A stretch of 42,451 bases of DNA, taken from a virus (lineage: Duplodnaviria; Caudoviricetes). Shown here piece after piece: positions 9,401 to 18,498 of this stretch (position 1 is its first letter; each line of letters starts with the position of its first letter). A program made the translations under genes and the position numbers. The stretch lies in the IMG/VR virus record IMGVR_UViG_3300048762_000095, positions 1 to 42,451 of that record; one strand, given 5' to 3'. The notes under the pieces are model-generated. The model was not told the origin of the DNA and ran no database searches. It worked only from the letters and a program-made list of their open reading frames with translations.

Positions 9401-11383
9401 AATTGTCAGAGTAATTATGACGTTAATTGTTCTTCCGCGTTCGGAAGTTATACTCAAAGTATTAGTGGAACTACTGGTTATTTGCCAGAGGGGGTCGATC
9501 CTATTTTCTTGGAATATATGGGTGGAAGAAGTGGTGGTTTAAATATATTAGAGGAAGGCGGTTATCACTCGAAAGAAATAATTGGAGATCTTTGGAATAA
9601 TTTTAGCTATCAAGCATATGGGATGTTGGGAAACCAAAATTGGGTTGGTGGAAATATACCGTGTAGTAATCCTACTAGATGGCCAGCTAATGATAGTAAA
9701 TTAGTTTTATTAAGTTCAACGCAAAATGAAATGAAAATTTTTACCAGAGCATTATCTTTTAGTCCTTTTGTTTTAAATAAATATCAGTTCCAACCATTTG
9801 GAACGACCCAAACATATCCATATAGTATCATGGGTCATTCATCTTCTTTTGGCTTAACTATGTCTGGAGATTTCGGTAGCGTTGATTTAGCCACTTTAAT
9901 GCCATTAAAAACTTTTACTACAAGTGGATGGTATGAGCCAACTGGTTTAGAGATAGGGCCATTCGATAGAGATATGGAATTAGGAGTATTAGGTGGAAAT
10001 ATGCTATATTCCACAAATGCAGATTTATTTTGTAATGGAAATAGAATTACAGACGTAAGTGGTGTCGGAGGTTACTGTGATGCAAATGCACAATATTATA
10101 ATAGGATGGGATTAAATTCAGGTATTATTCCAGACACATCTTATGGAAGAAATTTAAATTTCACAATATTTGCGGTTGTTGGAAAGGGACAAACTGTTAC
10201 ATTAAATCTTTCTGGAGTTAGTCCTAATAGTCAATTTGGTTTTCAGTATTTAAAAACCAGTGGCACCAGTGGAACAAGTTTAAATAATACCATTTTAACC
10301 ATGCGTCCAAGGAAAATAATTGGAGCTTCAAAATATGACACTGATATTCATTATGGAGAAGAATCGTGGACAAGTCCATTTTCGTTTTTAAATAATGGGC
10401 AGGAGCAACAATATGGTATAGGAATTTCTAAGTTTGAAGATTTGGCGAATAATACTTTAAATATAACGACATACTCTCAATCTGGGAAATTATATCCAGT
10501 TCCAGGTCTTGATTTTACTGGCTTAGCAAAAATAGATACTAATGGTAATTTTATATACCCTACAACGGCCACCGTTGAGAATTATTGGAAAACATATGCA
10601 GCCAAACATAATACGAAAGTAACAGTGTCTGGCTGGAGAGAGGGAAGTCGTATATCCTTCCAATTTACTGATATTTCTGTGCAATACGATAGTATTCCAT
10701 ATCAAACACAAAAAATTATTATTCCGTCGGGGGAATGCGTGATTTCGGGAGAAATGGGGTACTTGCGACAAGCTGATGCGGCGGTTTATTCTGCTGGGGT
10801 CATTTTAGAAGATCATACGACTTATCCAGATAATGAAATAAATACTTTTGCGCCAAGTTTTTGTTCAGATGTTTTGAATAGATTGCCGTGGATTACTGGA
10901 ATATCTGGGGAATATCCTAATCCAATTATGTCTGCTCCAAGCGTAATGATACAGAGAACAAATGTGGGTATTATTAGTGGAGTAGAAATCTATAATAAAT
11001 TAAATAATTTTCCACCTTACGACTATAACAAGTTGAATTGGGCGGCGGTTTCCGATCTCGAATTTAATAATGATGGCGAAACTTTGGAAGCCACATTACC
11101 GAACGATCCTGTGACGTTTAATCAATCGCAAGTATTGTTTAGTGCATCGCAGGGACAACCGCTTGCAAATGGAAAAAATAATCCGATTGTAGATCAAACT
11201 TATGATGTGGTCTACGCGGCTCAAACTTATGATTCAATTGCTACGGACGCACTAGTAAATAGTGGAATATGTCTGACTAATAATTATGGGACACAAAATA
11301 GGTTAACACAGTCTCAGGATTTGTCAGGAGTTATTGCACCTATTGGATCTACAATTTCGCTAATTCAAGCAGGAATAGTTTGA
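6470..11383 (+). CDS. Giant hypothetical protein (1637 aa), likely virion-associated
   Basis: Long ORF rich in S/G/N/Y/T with recurrent SG/TG dipeptides and few charged residues; no catalytic motif recognised. Confidence 0.72.
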   Translation: MISSTSNLFGFSMVSAQSRASSIGLSSSQEKICLAFTVAFGQAESTSKSLYQQIKNANVNSIGGFGIGSPYAIIEKKIYDIFDIAYPSETVVNKQILALSANALIFAYYVYSDMNISDVTDLMGTLLQNICYYVTQNQLFSVSTINGNSHVNTPMTSQIIQSFLTEGYYETIQSLSSSQKSSPINVVNYNWMNTEDIFAKPNLQIMKDIENAYYYISGNLSYKTDSTDVIDCVSIPVTILTSTGQISFSYYLQEPCIEKNSYIGPVSGISFYRVFNDGPYTSGDFNAAVKEAYLQFDKNVLSPTEYGSNSKMLYSFITGSDSGYLPISLSNVFIDANGRYDLNQEYTHVPESYDCSNSYSGTMHIGGNAPIIACERDEHNHCINCMMVNNTGFKFASLELNKDVWQNNFAYIKTNPVSNVNNILKRALNILPYSYISDLDEDAFTTVGDPNTQYLGYPQLTGQNALPNLAFFQDFDSQTFKKSASICMYPSIGTSYNGSDKDSDRQYQISPLNLFSGASATHVPIGKSGYSLIKFVKSIPSSGLVNDEIAQQFFGMGNNFNNKFHTVTVSESNAGFLYSGVYVDNSGIYSNIVNANIPFENATLGSPVNSINFVKGYRSDAGEEYLVKKIYAQDNSGNLIPYYNLLNSDLPNSLQIDENQTQTFTPLPNILEWESSLSHINDSQTVENYLPRFASGAFETIGQKFLYPNAQQVSNTYDSKVNGFPIRINFTLNIREETVREIYAKFIISNNGIISTSPNYVGVIRPNGDLTTDLRNPSPVMNQIFVPNNTYYSRKYDFNNFAMGTSFQYHSPLDNMVDNNWSPFINRNFYQDDKGKLIKEFEQSNSQPSYPDAPVFSTPSGKNSLFATDQNNPFILSNYSSNSTEYIDQGQGIRFTGNGALSHQWFTGTGNNDLKIIYDESPILNGLYHYFEPLQISGYLLYTPPYFDLSSGTGYINDAIKEAFKVMISGNNNAGPINCQSNYDVNCSSAFGSYTQSISGTTGYLPEGVDPIFLEYMGGRSGGLNILEEGGYHSKEIIGDLWNNFSYQAYGMLGNQNWVGGNIPCSNPTRWPANDSKLVLLSSTQNEMKIFTRALSFSPFVLNKYQFQPFGTTQTYPYSIMGHSSSFGLTMSGDFGSVDLATLMPLKTFTTSGWYEPTGLEIGPFDRDMELGVLGGNMLYSTNADLFCNGNRITDVSGVGGYCDANAQYYNRMGLNSGIIPDTSYGRNLNFTIFAVVGKGQTVTLNLSGVSPNSQFGFQYLKTSGTSGTSLNNTILTMRPRKIIGASKYDTDIHYGEESWTSPFSFLNNGQEQQYGIGISKFEDLANNTLNITTYSQSGKLYPVPGLDFTGLAKIDTNGNFIYPTTATVENYWKTYAAKHNTKVTVSGWREGSRISFQFTDISVQYDSIPYQTQKIIIPSGECVISGEMGYLRQADAAVYSAGVILEDHTTYPDNEINTFAPSFCSDVLNRLPWITGISGEYPNPIMSAPSVMIQRTNVGIISGVEIYNKLNNFPPYDYNKLNWAAVSDLEFNNDGETLEATLPNDPVTFNQSQVLFSASQGQPLANGKNNPIVDQTYDVVYAAQTYDSIATDALVNSGICLTNNYGTQNRLTQSQDLSGVIAPIGSTISLIQAGIV

Positions 11384-11388
11384 AGGTC

Positions 11389-14300
11389 TCATTCATTATC
11401 CTCTTTCCACTCACTGAATTTTAAATATGCTTTGTTCTGCTGGCAAGAAATAGAGTCAGCGAATATGGTATCATCACTAATTTTAGTCCCCTTGCATATT
11501 ACAACGTCATTTGCCATTGGCAATACACCATTGATACTCTTACACTGTTCCATTTTATCACTAAATATCATAACTTTAATGGTTTTTGTTTCATCTCCAA
11601 TAATGAACTTAGCATATTGGCTCCCCTTTTTAGACTTACCTAAAACTGGCGACTCCTCGATTTTTCCAACAAAACAAACGTGAGTTTTATCTAATTCGGT
11701 TGAAACCTCACTAATTTGTTGCAAGGAACTACAAAAAGGTTTGAAAATATTTATTAAGGAATTACTAAAAGAGTAGCCGATTAATTTGGTTTCCAGCGCC
11801 CAATTAACAAAATCAGCGCATTCCTTATTTTGCTCGTAAATTTGCTTGTATTTACTCATCTTGGTTTTAATTGTCTCAAAACGAGAGAGTTTGATTAAAG
11901 GGCAACTTTTCTCATCTTTTAATTCTTTAACCATTGCATTAACTAATACTGGAAGTTTAAACTCAAATTTTTCCCCATAGTTCATGGCAAGTTTCTTCTC
12001 CTTTTCTGTGAGGGTGTTCCACAATTGTCCCTCATAGCTCAATAATACGCGGTTTTTACCAAACTCTTCAAGTGCCCCCGCATGAACCAAAGATGTAAGT
12101 TGTCCAATGTTTAAACCAGACTCTTTCGAGCATTGAAACATTTGAAATTTATTAGCGTGTTTTCGTTGGAAATTATTTAATTTTTCCATTGTTTTGTCGC
12201 TGATTCCCTTAATTGAGGAAAGTCCGAATCTAATATTATTATTTTCAATCGAGAAATCCATTTCAGAAAGAGAAAGACTAGGGGGTAAAAGTTTAATTCC
12301 GAAATGAATCATTTCTTTGTGAATTTTTGAGATTTCACCGATGGGGTCTTGTTCATGCTTCGTCATTTTTAATAATGAAAGATAAAATTCTTGTGGATAA
12401 CGGAACTTGAGGAAGACGGAAATTGCCGAGAGCGCGGCGTACGAAAATGAATGCGATTTGTTGAATTGGTATCCTGAAGAGTCATTCAATATTTTCCAAA
12501 AGACTTCGCCAATTTTAGGATCAAGATTATTTTCTATAATTTTTTTATTAATTTTAGCTTCCCACAATTTAATTTCCTCAACCTTCTTCTTCCCAATGCA
12601 ATTGTGTATAACTATTCCATTTGCAATAATAAATGGGGCATTTTCGTTTTCCATCGTAAAATCAAATACTTCGATTTCTCTTGTATCTCTTTTTTGATTC
12701 GAGAATTTATTATAATAAAAATTAGTATTATTAGAATAATCTATCCAAAATTTATTTTTTGTTCCCTCACAAAGTTTCTGAAAAGAATTTCTATTGAGAG
12801 GTTTATTATAAACCCTTCCAGATGCTAGAAAACCATTTTCTTTATTAGATGTTGCAAAGGGATATTGATCTACAACTTTTTTAATGATCGTTTGGGGAAT
12901 TAGATCGAAAGAAAAATTAACAACCCTTTCTTTAACTAATAGGTTATCTAGTTGTTGTTTTTTTATAGACGGCCATAAAACAGTCAGTTCTTTATTTAGT
13001 TTTACTAGTTCACTATATTCTTTTATTAAAAGATGATAATAAAAAGATTTGTATTTTTTATTCCATTTTCCTCTTAGTTTTGAATAAATCCCAAATCTTG
13101 TTAAAAGCAATTGAACTTGAGAACAAAACTTCTTGTTTTTAGAAGAAAATTCAAACCATCTTGCCTCTTCCGTATTAGATTGAGAAATTCCTCCCTCGCA
13201 AGCTAGAATAAAAGATAAAAATTTTCTAGTGGTTTCTTTGGTCATACCCATCATTTTTTCTGGCAAACACTTTGAGGCAGAAAGACCATATGGTAAAATT
13301 TTATTTATTTCAACTGTTTGTTTTTTCTTGAGCGCAACAACATTTCCGCATTGACGATATGTTGGGAATAGACCAAAATAATTTTTAAAAGACACGCAGA
13401 ATATATCCATCATTTCCTTGTCAAATGCTGTAAAAGTAGTAGCATTGTAACCAGAAAAATACCCTTCTGTAACCAATCCCCCAATAACTATAGCTAAATC
13501 TGAATTTATAAAATCAATTCCATCATAGTCTACCTTTTGTGGAGAAAGAAAATAATCATTTTTTCGTAATCTCATTCTTGCTTTCCAACCCGAATCGGTT
13601 AAAAATTGATGATATAATGACGCACGAACTTCCATACCGTTATCAGCTTCTACAAATCTGGTTTGTTTTGTCCCATTTGACCAAATATTAGATATTTTTT
13701 GCCACGACTGATTTCCAATTTCATCCATAGTTAAAAAAACATCATCTTTATATCCGTCTTTCAATAATGAATTTATCGAAATATATCCCCTAGTTTTTGA
13801 AATAAACAACGTGTCACCAGTAATACATCTTCTAATTTGTTCTGCCTCATCAAGAGTAAAACCTACTTTATTTGCCATTTGCATCGCCTCTTCTTGGTAT
13901 AAACATAGACCACCAGTTTCTTTTAAAATATTATCAAAAAATGGATGAATAGATTGAAATGCTCCGCCATTTGTAAATTCAGCATATCTATCAATAAACT
14001 GACTAGCGCCAGGTCTTGCCAACGCCAGAATCGCACTTAATTCATTAAAATTATGCGGTTTAACTTTTTGGGTTGTCTTAAATCCCAAGTCTGCTTCAAT
14101 TTGAAATAATCCGTGTGGATTTTGTAAATTTTGTAGATTGGTATAAATAGAAGCATCGCTGACATCAATGTCTTCTACTTTAATTTTTAACATTTTACAT
14201 ACATCATCTATAACAGATACACCGCGTAATCCCAATACATCAACTTTTAGAGAAAACAATGATACTTGATTCATGTCATATGAAGTCACTATATCTTTAT

Positions 14301-15183
14301 CGGAAGAAAATTCTACGGGACAGTTTTCATCTAGGTTATAATAAGAAATCATAACTCCAGACGCATGAACACTTTTATTTTTAATTAAATCTTTTAGTTT
14401 AATAGCGATTGAATAAACTTCTTTATTTTCGTCGCACCACTTCTTAAATTCATCTACTTTTTCGTAAGCCTTATCTAAATCTTCAATCTGCCCGTGTATT
14501 TTAGGAATCATCCCCGTAACTTGGGTCATGTCTTCCTCTGGAATCATTCCGAATATCTTGCCCACTTCTTTGATAACTAATTTAGTAGATAGTGTGTTGA
14601 AAGTGAGAATTTTAGCGGTTTTACCTTGATATTTATCGTTAATGTATTTTAATAGTTCTTTACGACGATAGTAGCATATATCAAGATCAACGTCACACAT
14701 AAGAGAACCATCGAGATAAGTAATACCATCAACAATTGATTTTTTAGCGCGAATCTTTGAAATAAACCTCTCAAAATAAAGTCCGTATTTTAATGGATCA
14801 ATTTTAGTCACCCCGATTAAATACAAAACTAAACTTCCAGCAGCACTACCACGCCCAATACCAGTAGGAATATTTTTCTCTTTAGCGAAATTAATAATAT
14901 CCCAAATAATAAGCACATAATCTACGAATCCCAACTCATCAAAGAGTCCTAATTCATACTTAATTCTTTCCCCATATTCTTGATATAATTCGGATTTTTT
15001 GTCTAAATTCAGAGTTTTAAATCCAATCTTACATAATTCTCTCAAAAAGTCTTTGTTAGAGGTAGATAAATCTAAATTTAATTCTTTCTTATATTTATCC
15101 TCTACCTTAAACACAGGAAGGCGAACACCTAAAATGGGTATTTTAAGAGATTCAAATTGGTCTGTAAAATTTTGTAGTGTCAT
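11389..15183 (-). CDS. dnaE: DNA polymerase III alpha catalytic subunit (lacks PHP domain), with intein
   Basis: GRGSAAGSLV, YFERF, DVDLD, HASGV, KVDVLGL, LYQE, YQFNKSHS, IRFGLSSIKG motifs and a C-terminal OB fold. Confidence 0.95.
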   Translation of the reverse strand: MTLQNFTDQFESLKIPILGVRLPVFKVEDKYKKELNLDLSTSNKDFLRELCKIGFKTLNLDKKSELYQEYGERIKYELGLFDELGFVDYVLIIWDIINFAKEKNIPTGIGRGSAAGSLVLYLIGVTKIDPLKYGLYFERFISKIRAKKSIVDGITYLDGSLMCDVDLDICYYRRKELLKYINDKYQGKTAKILTFNTLSTKLVIKEVGKIFGMIPEEDMTQVTGMIPKIHGQIEDLDKAYEKVDEFKKWCDENKEVYSIAIKLKDLIKNKSVHASGVMISYYNLDENCPVEFSSDKDIVTSYDMNQVSLFSLKVDVLGLRGVSVIDDVCKMLKIKVEDIDVSDASIYTNLQNLQNPHGLFQIEADLGFKTTQKVKPHNFNELSAILALARPGASQFIDRYAEFTNGGAFQSIHPFFDNILKETGGLCLYQEEAMQMANKVGFTLDEAEQIRRCITGDTLFISKTRGYISINSLLKDGYKDDVFLTMDEIGNQSWQKISNIWSNGTKQTRFVEADNGMEVRASLYHQFLTDSGWKARMRLRKNDYFLSPQKVDYDGIDFINSDLAIVIGGLVTEGYFSGYNATTFTAFDKEMMDIFCVSFKNYFGLFPTYRQCGNVVALKKKQTVEINKILPYGLSASKCLPEKMMGMTKETTRKFLSFILACEGGISQSNTEEARWFEFSSKNKKFCSQVQLLLTRFGIYSKLRGKWNKKYKSFYYHLLIKEYSELVKLNKELTVLWPSIKKQQLDNLLVKERVVNFSFDLIPQTIIKKVVDQYPFATSNKENGFLASGRVYNKPLNRNSFQKLCEGTKNKFWIDYSNNTNFYYNKFSNQKRDTREIEVFDFTMENENAPFIIANGIVIHNCIGKKKVEEIKLWEAKINKKIIENNLDPKIGEVFWKILNDSSGYQFNKSHSFSYAALSAISVFLKFRYPQEFYLSLLKMTKHEQDPIGEISKIHKEMIHFGIKLLPPSLSLSEMDFSIENNNIRFGLSSIKGISDKTMEKLNNFQRKHANKFQMFQCSKESGLNIGQLTSLVHAGALEEFGKNRVLLSYEGQLWNTLTEKEKKLAMNYGEKFEFKLPVLVNAMVKELKDEKSCPLIKLSRFETIKTKMSKYKQIYEQNKECADFVNWALETKLIGYSFSNSLINIFKPFCSSLQQISEVSTELDKTHVCFVGKIEESPVLGKSKKGSQYAKFIIGDETKTIKVMIFSDKMEQCKSINGVLPMANDVVICKGTKISDDTIFADSISCQQNKAYLKFSEWKEDNE
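12601..13827 (-). mobile_element. Intein (409 aa) with LAGLIDADG homing endonuclease in DnaE
   Basis: Junctions EQIRR|CITGDT ... IVIHN|CIGKKK; block B SLYHQF; endonuclease blocks GGLVTEG and FILACEGG. Confidence 0.93.
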
Positions 15184-15184
15184 A

Positions 15185-15358
15185 TTATTTCCTTATTTTT
15201 TTTATACCTACTATATTAATATCTTTATGTGATAAAAATCTCTCTAAATCTTCCTGTGTCCCATAATTTTTTTTCATATCATCAAACCAAGGAAAATTCC
15301 AAGGTGTAAGAGTAGGTTTAGATACTAGAAAAAAAGAATAAAATGTATAATTACTCAT
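15185..15358 (-). CDS. Small hypothetical protein (57 aa; below ORF-track cutoff)
   Basis: MSNYTFYSFF...KKIRK*; ATGA overlap with the upstream stop and TAA-T-ATG coupling to dnaE. Confidence 0.6.
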   Translation of the reverse strand: MSNYTFYSFFLVSKPTLTPWNFPWFDDMKKNYGTQEDLERFLSHKDINIVGIKKIRK

Positions 15359-16005
15359 ATTTCTATTTGAAATTTTTGTTTATCCCAGACCGCCTTAGTG
15401 AGGACCAAATCATAATTTGCATTATGCTGTTTACTTTCATCCACCTCAACACCATACTCCTTTGCCAGCACTCCCAAACTAGTTTTAATACCTTTTTTGA
15501 AGTGGTTAACCCATCTGTACTGGTACTCGATAAAATCTCCTTGTAGGGGAGTATAGGGCACACCCATCTTAATCCCTTGTGCGATGGCTTTAGTGTCAAT
15601 AATCTTTTCGGTAATCCATTTCCAATCCACCCCCATATACTCAGCATAACCTTTTATTAGGTAAATGTCAAACCTTAAAATGTTCTGAGCGAGAATAAAT
15701 TCACAATCTTTCAAATCGTTCCAAAACATTCCAAATGCTTCCTCTGGTTGAAGCGCGACTTTTTTATGTTCAACTGGATTAAAATGAGTGATTCGAGCGG
15801 CGTCTTCTCCAATTTTAAGGTTCGGAGCAACTTTTGACCAATCAATTCTTATATCCTTTTCTTCAACTATTTTGTCGCCAACGACATTCATAATCGCTAT
15901 ACTCCATGGCCTATTAAATTTAAATGATAAGTTCAAATTGTAGGTCTCCACGTCGACCATTGTGTATCGAACATTTTTATTATATCTTAGTAAATTTTCG
16001 TCCAT
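15355..16005 (-). CDS. DEDDh 3'-5' exonuclease (DnaQ/epsilon-like)
   Basis: ExoI VDVET, ExoII QNILRFD, IDT, ExoIII HNANYD. Confidence 0.9.
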   Translation of the reverse strand: MDENLLRYNKNVRYTMVDVETYNLNLSFKFNRPWSIAIMNVVGDKIVEEKDIRIDWSKVAPNLKIGEDAARITHFNPVEHKKVALQPEEAFGMFWNDLKDCEFILAQNILRFDIYLIKGYAEYMGVDWKWITEKIIDTKAIAQGIKMGVPYTPLQGDFIEYQYRWVNHFKKGIKTSLGVLAKEYGVEVDESKQHNANYDLVLTKAVWDKQKFQIEI

Positions 16006-16006
16006 A

Positions 16007-16279
16007 TTATCCCTTTATTATATCTTTAAATTTTTCTTGTTTTCTTTGTAATGCGAAATCTATATTTTTGTATAAATATTCGTAAATTCTAATAACCTTC
16101 GCTTTTCCTACCTCTGAACCAAATCCTCCTCCAGTAGAGATATACCATACATTAAGTTTGCTTCTTTTTTCTTGATAAAAAGTTATTTTACTTTGACAAA
16201 TGGGTAATAGTAGGCTTCTTACTTTTGTTAAAAATTCTTTCGTTGATATTATTTGAAAACCCCATGCTTTATATTTAGG
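16007..16279 (-). pseudogene. 5'-truncated LAGLIDADG homing endonuclease remnant
   Basis: Start-less 90-codon frame PKYKAWGFQIISTKEFL...RIYEYLYKNIDFALQRKQEKF, resembling the C-half of ORF 27461-28342. Confidence 0.65.
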
Positions 16280-16297
16280 TTAAAAGTTTCAGTAATC

Positions 16298-16618
16298 TCA
16301 ATTCCTTGTAATAATCTGCTTTTTCTGCTCTGGGTTCTTTTCTGCACCCTTTAAAAGCACCTGTAAAGACGCTGTGGCTAGGTTCTTAATGATTTCCTCA
16401 ATCGATCCAGTGAATAGTGAGTGGCCAAGGGGAATAGACGTTCCTGGGGCATTTTCGGCGTTAATCGTGTAAAACGACGATTTTACTGCCACTTTGCCAA
16501 CTGGCGCGTTAATAATGCTGATAATAAGATTATTTGTGTCCTTAATGTCAAAAGTGCTGATTTTTTCCTCTGGAGGAATGGTGGGTGTTACTGGTGTTGT
16601 ATTATGTATTTGGTCCAT
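16298..16618 (-). CDS. Hypothetical protein
   Basis: 106-aa ORF tightly packed in the operon. Confidence 0.65.
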   Translation of the reverse strand: MDQIHNTTPVTPTIPPEEKISTFDIKDTNNLIISIINAPVGKVAVKSSFYTINAENAPGTSIPLGHSLFTGSIEEIIKNLATASLQVLLKGAEKNPEQKKQIITRN

Positions 16619-16619
16619 A

Positions 16620-16910
16620 TTATTTAAAATTATAAATTAAAGAAATATCATCTTTATCAATCTTATCCGATAAGTATCCCTTATTATATAGCGATTCTAA
16701 CATAATTCTTGTTTTAAGAATCCATCCGCACTCCAAAATTTCCCAATTTTCTTCTCTTAAACCAGTTCCGTCTAGTTTAGCCGCTATTAGCCCGTCTTGT
16801 ATAGACTTAAATTTGGTGCCACAAATTGAATTATCTCCGATAAAATAAAAATCAGATTTAGATTTTTTAGAATTATCTTTCCAAATGGGATTAAAAGTAT
16901 AATATCTCAT
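16620..16910 (-). CDS. Hypothetical protein
   Basis: 96-aa ORF with TAA-T-ATG coupling. Confidence 0.65.
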   Translation of the reverse strand: MRYYTFNPIWKDNSKKSKSDFYFIGDNSICGTKFKSIQDGLIAAKLDGTGLREENWEILECGWILKTRIMLESLYNKGYLSDKIDKDDISLIYNFK

Positions 16911-16913
16911 ATA

Positions 16914-17114
16914 TTAATAGTATTCTTCGTAAACGATAGTTTCTTTGTTATTCTTTATTAGTTTTAGGTCTCTATTTTTAATATTTTTAAGTTCTGCTAG
17001 TGCTTCGTCGTAGGTATTAAGGTAGTTGTCATGTGCCATACAAGTTAATCCCATGGCCCCAACGCGTTGGACAAAATATTGTCCATTACCCTTTTTTATA
17101 ATTTGATATTTCAT
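16914..17114 (-). CDS. Hypothetical protein
   Basis: 66-aa ORF tightly packed in the operon. Confidence 0.6.
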   Translation of the reverse strand: MKYQIIKKGNGQYFVQRVGAMGLTCMAHDNYLNTYDEALAELKNIKNRDLKLIKNNKETIVYEEYY

Positions 17115-17118
17115 ATTA

Positions 17119-17283
17119 TTAAATTATTTTCTCTTTTTGACACATGAATTCACCAGTTTCCTTATGGACAAATCCTCCATTTGCACCAAGACGAGGAACG
17201 TTAAAAATCATTTCTTTCCCACAATCACAACAAGTTCCAATTGGGTGTTTGGTGTTATATTTATATTGCTTCTTTTTTTTCAT
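17119..17283 (-). CDS. Small Cys/His protein (54 aa), possible zinc finger
   Basis: MKKKKQYKYNTKHPIGTCCDCGKEMIFNVPRLGANGGFVHKETGEFMCQKEKII*; ATGA overlap with the PHP stop. Confidence 0.6.
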   Translation of the reverse strand: MKKKKQYKYNTKHPIGTCCDCGKEMIFNVPRLGANGGFVHKETGEFMCQKEKII

Positions 17284-18041
17284 ATCGTTATTAAAAAATT
17301 GAATGTGTCAGAACACAGGTGATTTATATTGGGCGATTCGCACGTTGCCTTTTTAGAAAACCCCCTTGAACTAATAGTGCGGAAGGTCACATATGCCTTA
17401 TAGTCATCAGGAGAATAATAATAAATACTTTGTGCGTTCAAAGTCTCGAATCCATTTTTTTCGCAAAAGTTTAAAACCTTATTTTTAATCAAGTAGTCAA
17501 ATGGAAGGGAATTGTCTTCCAATAAAAAGACTGGTTTTGTAAAAGAAAAATTTGGAACATGGTTTCTTCCTTCAAGTGTATTAAGATGTAGAAAAGAATC
17601 ATAAAAAGGGACACAAAGTAGAAGGTTTTTTGTCCATAATCTCTTTAGATTTGTAAAATCAATTCTTGACTCATAATAGAAGCCATCTGTCGAGGCGAAG
17701 GATGAAATTTTTATCAAATCCTTATGTCCATCTGGATTTTTGCAGAAAATAATATACTTACTTTGCTTTAAGTGGCTATCGTCGTTTTTTACTGTAACGT
17801 CATCGGTTACAGACAGGCGAAGACCAAAAAGAAGTTTAATATTATTATCTTTTGCGTTCTTGCTTGCCTCCAAGAGGCCCGAAATACTATCCTCAATCAG
17901 ACAAATGGTATTTAATTTGTGAAATTTCGCAATAGAAAAGATAGATAATGGGTAAATATCTAAGTTGTCCTTTGGTTTATCAAGTGTTAAAATTGATTTT
18001 CCGAGGCTATAATGACTTTTAAAGCAGGGCAAAATTGACAT
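17280..18041 (-). CDS. Stand-alone PHP domain of DnaE (N-terminal part of split polymerase)
   Basis: KSHYSLGKSIL, IEDSISG, IKLLFG, KNPDGHKDLIKISS..GFYYESRID match the DnaE PHP domain. Confidence 0.88.
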   Translation of the reverse strand: MSILPCFKSHYSLGKSILTLDKPKDNLDIYPLSIFSIAKFHKLNTICLIEDSISGLLEASKNAKDNNIKLLFGLRLSVTDDVTVKNDDSHLKQSKYIIFCKNPDGHKDLIKISSFASTDGFYYESRIDFTNLKRLWTKNLLLCVPFYDSFLHLNTLEGRNHVPNFSFTKPVFLLEDNSLPFDYLIKNKVLNFCEKNGFETLNAQSIYYYSPDDYKAYVTFRTISSRGFSKKATCESPNINHLCSDTFNFLITI

Positions 18042-18062
18042 AAGATAAGAATACTATAAATT

Positions 18063-18455
18063 TTACTGTTTGTCAATTACTAATTCTGGATTGTCGAAAA
18101 TATTACCAATAATCTTTATATCCTTATAGTATGGGAATTCCCATAAATCATTCTCATTTTTTCCATAACAAATAAATCCATAACCATTATGATCTTGGTT
18201 TTCTTTAACTTTTAAAGTTGCTTGCATAGTTTTATTATCAAAATATAAAACATCTCCTGCATAGATTTCCTTGCCATCTTTGTCATTTAATCCTGTGAAT
18301 TGTTGAACAATATATTCATCTCCACCAGAACCATTTTGGAGATTATGAAACTGGCCATTTAAAGACATAATATAATGTCCTTGGTATCCCACATCTGGGA
18401 GAATATACACTTTTGCTAATTTATCCCACACACGAAACTTAATTGCTCTTAACAT
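18063..18455 (-). CDS. YopX family protein
   Basis: IKFRVWD, QQFTGLNDKDGKEIYAGD, IIGNIFDNPEL. Confidence 0.9.
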   Translation of the reverse strand: MLRAIKFRVWDKLAKVYILPDVGYQGHYIMSLNGQFHNLQNGSGGDEYIVQQFTGLNDKDGKEIYAGDVLYFDNKTMQATLKVKENQDHNGYGFICYGKNENDLWEFPYYKDIKIIGNIFDNPELVIDKQ

Positions 18456-18461
18456 AAGAGA

Positions 18462-18490
18462 ATATTAGGACAACTTTAACAAAATGTCAA
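18462..18490 (-). promoter_or_regulatory. sigma70-type promoter TTGACA-17-TAATAT, 6 nt upstream of ATG 18455
   Basis: -35 at 18485-18490, -10 at 18462-18467. Confidence 0.8.
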
Positions 18491-18498
18491 GAACAAAC

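Noticed and set aside
15183-17280. Split intein or group I intron joining the PHP and catalytic dnaE parts
   Set aside because: No intein N- or C-terminal motifs at the gene ends, and the interval is filled with coupled ORFs rather than intron core structure
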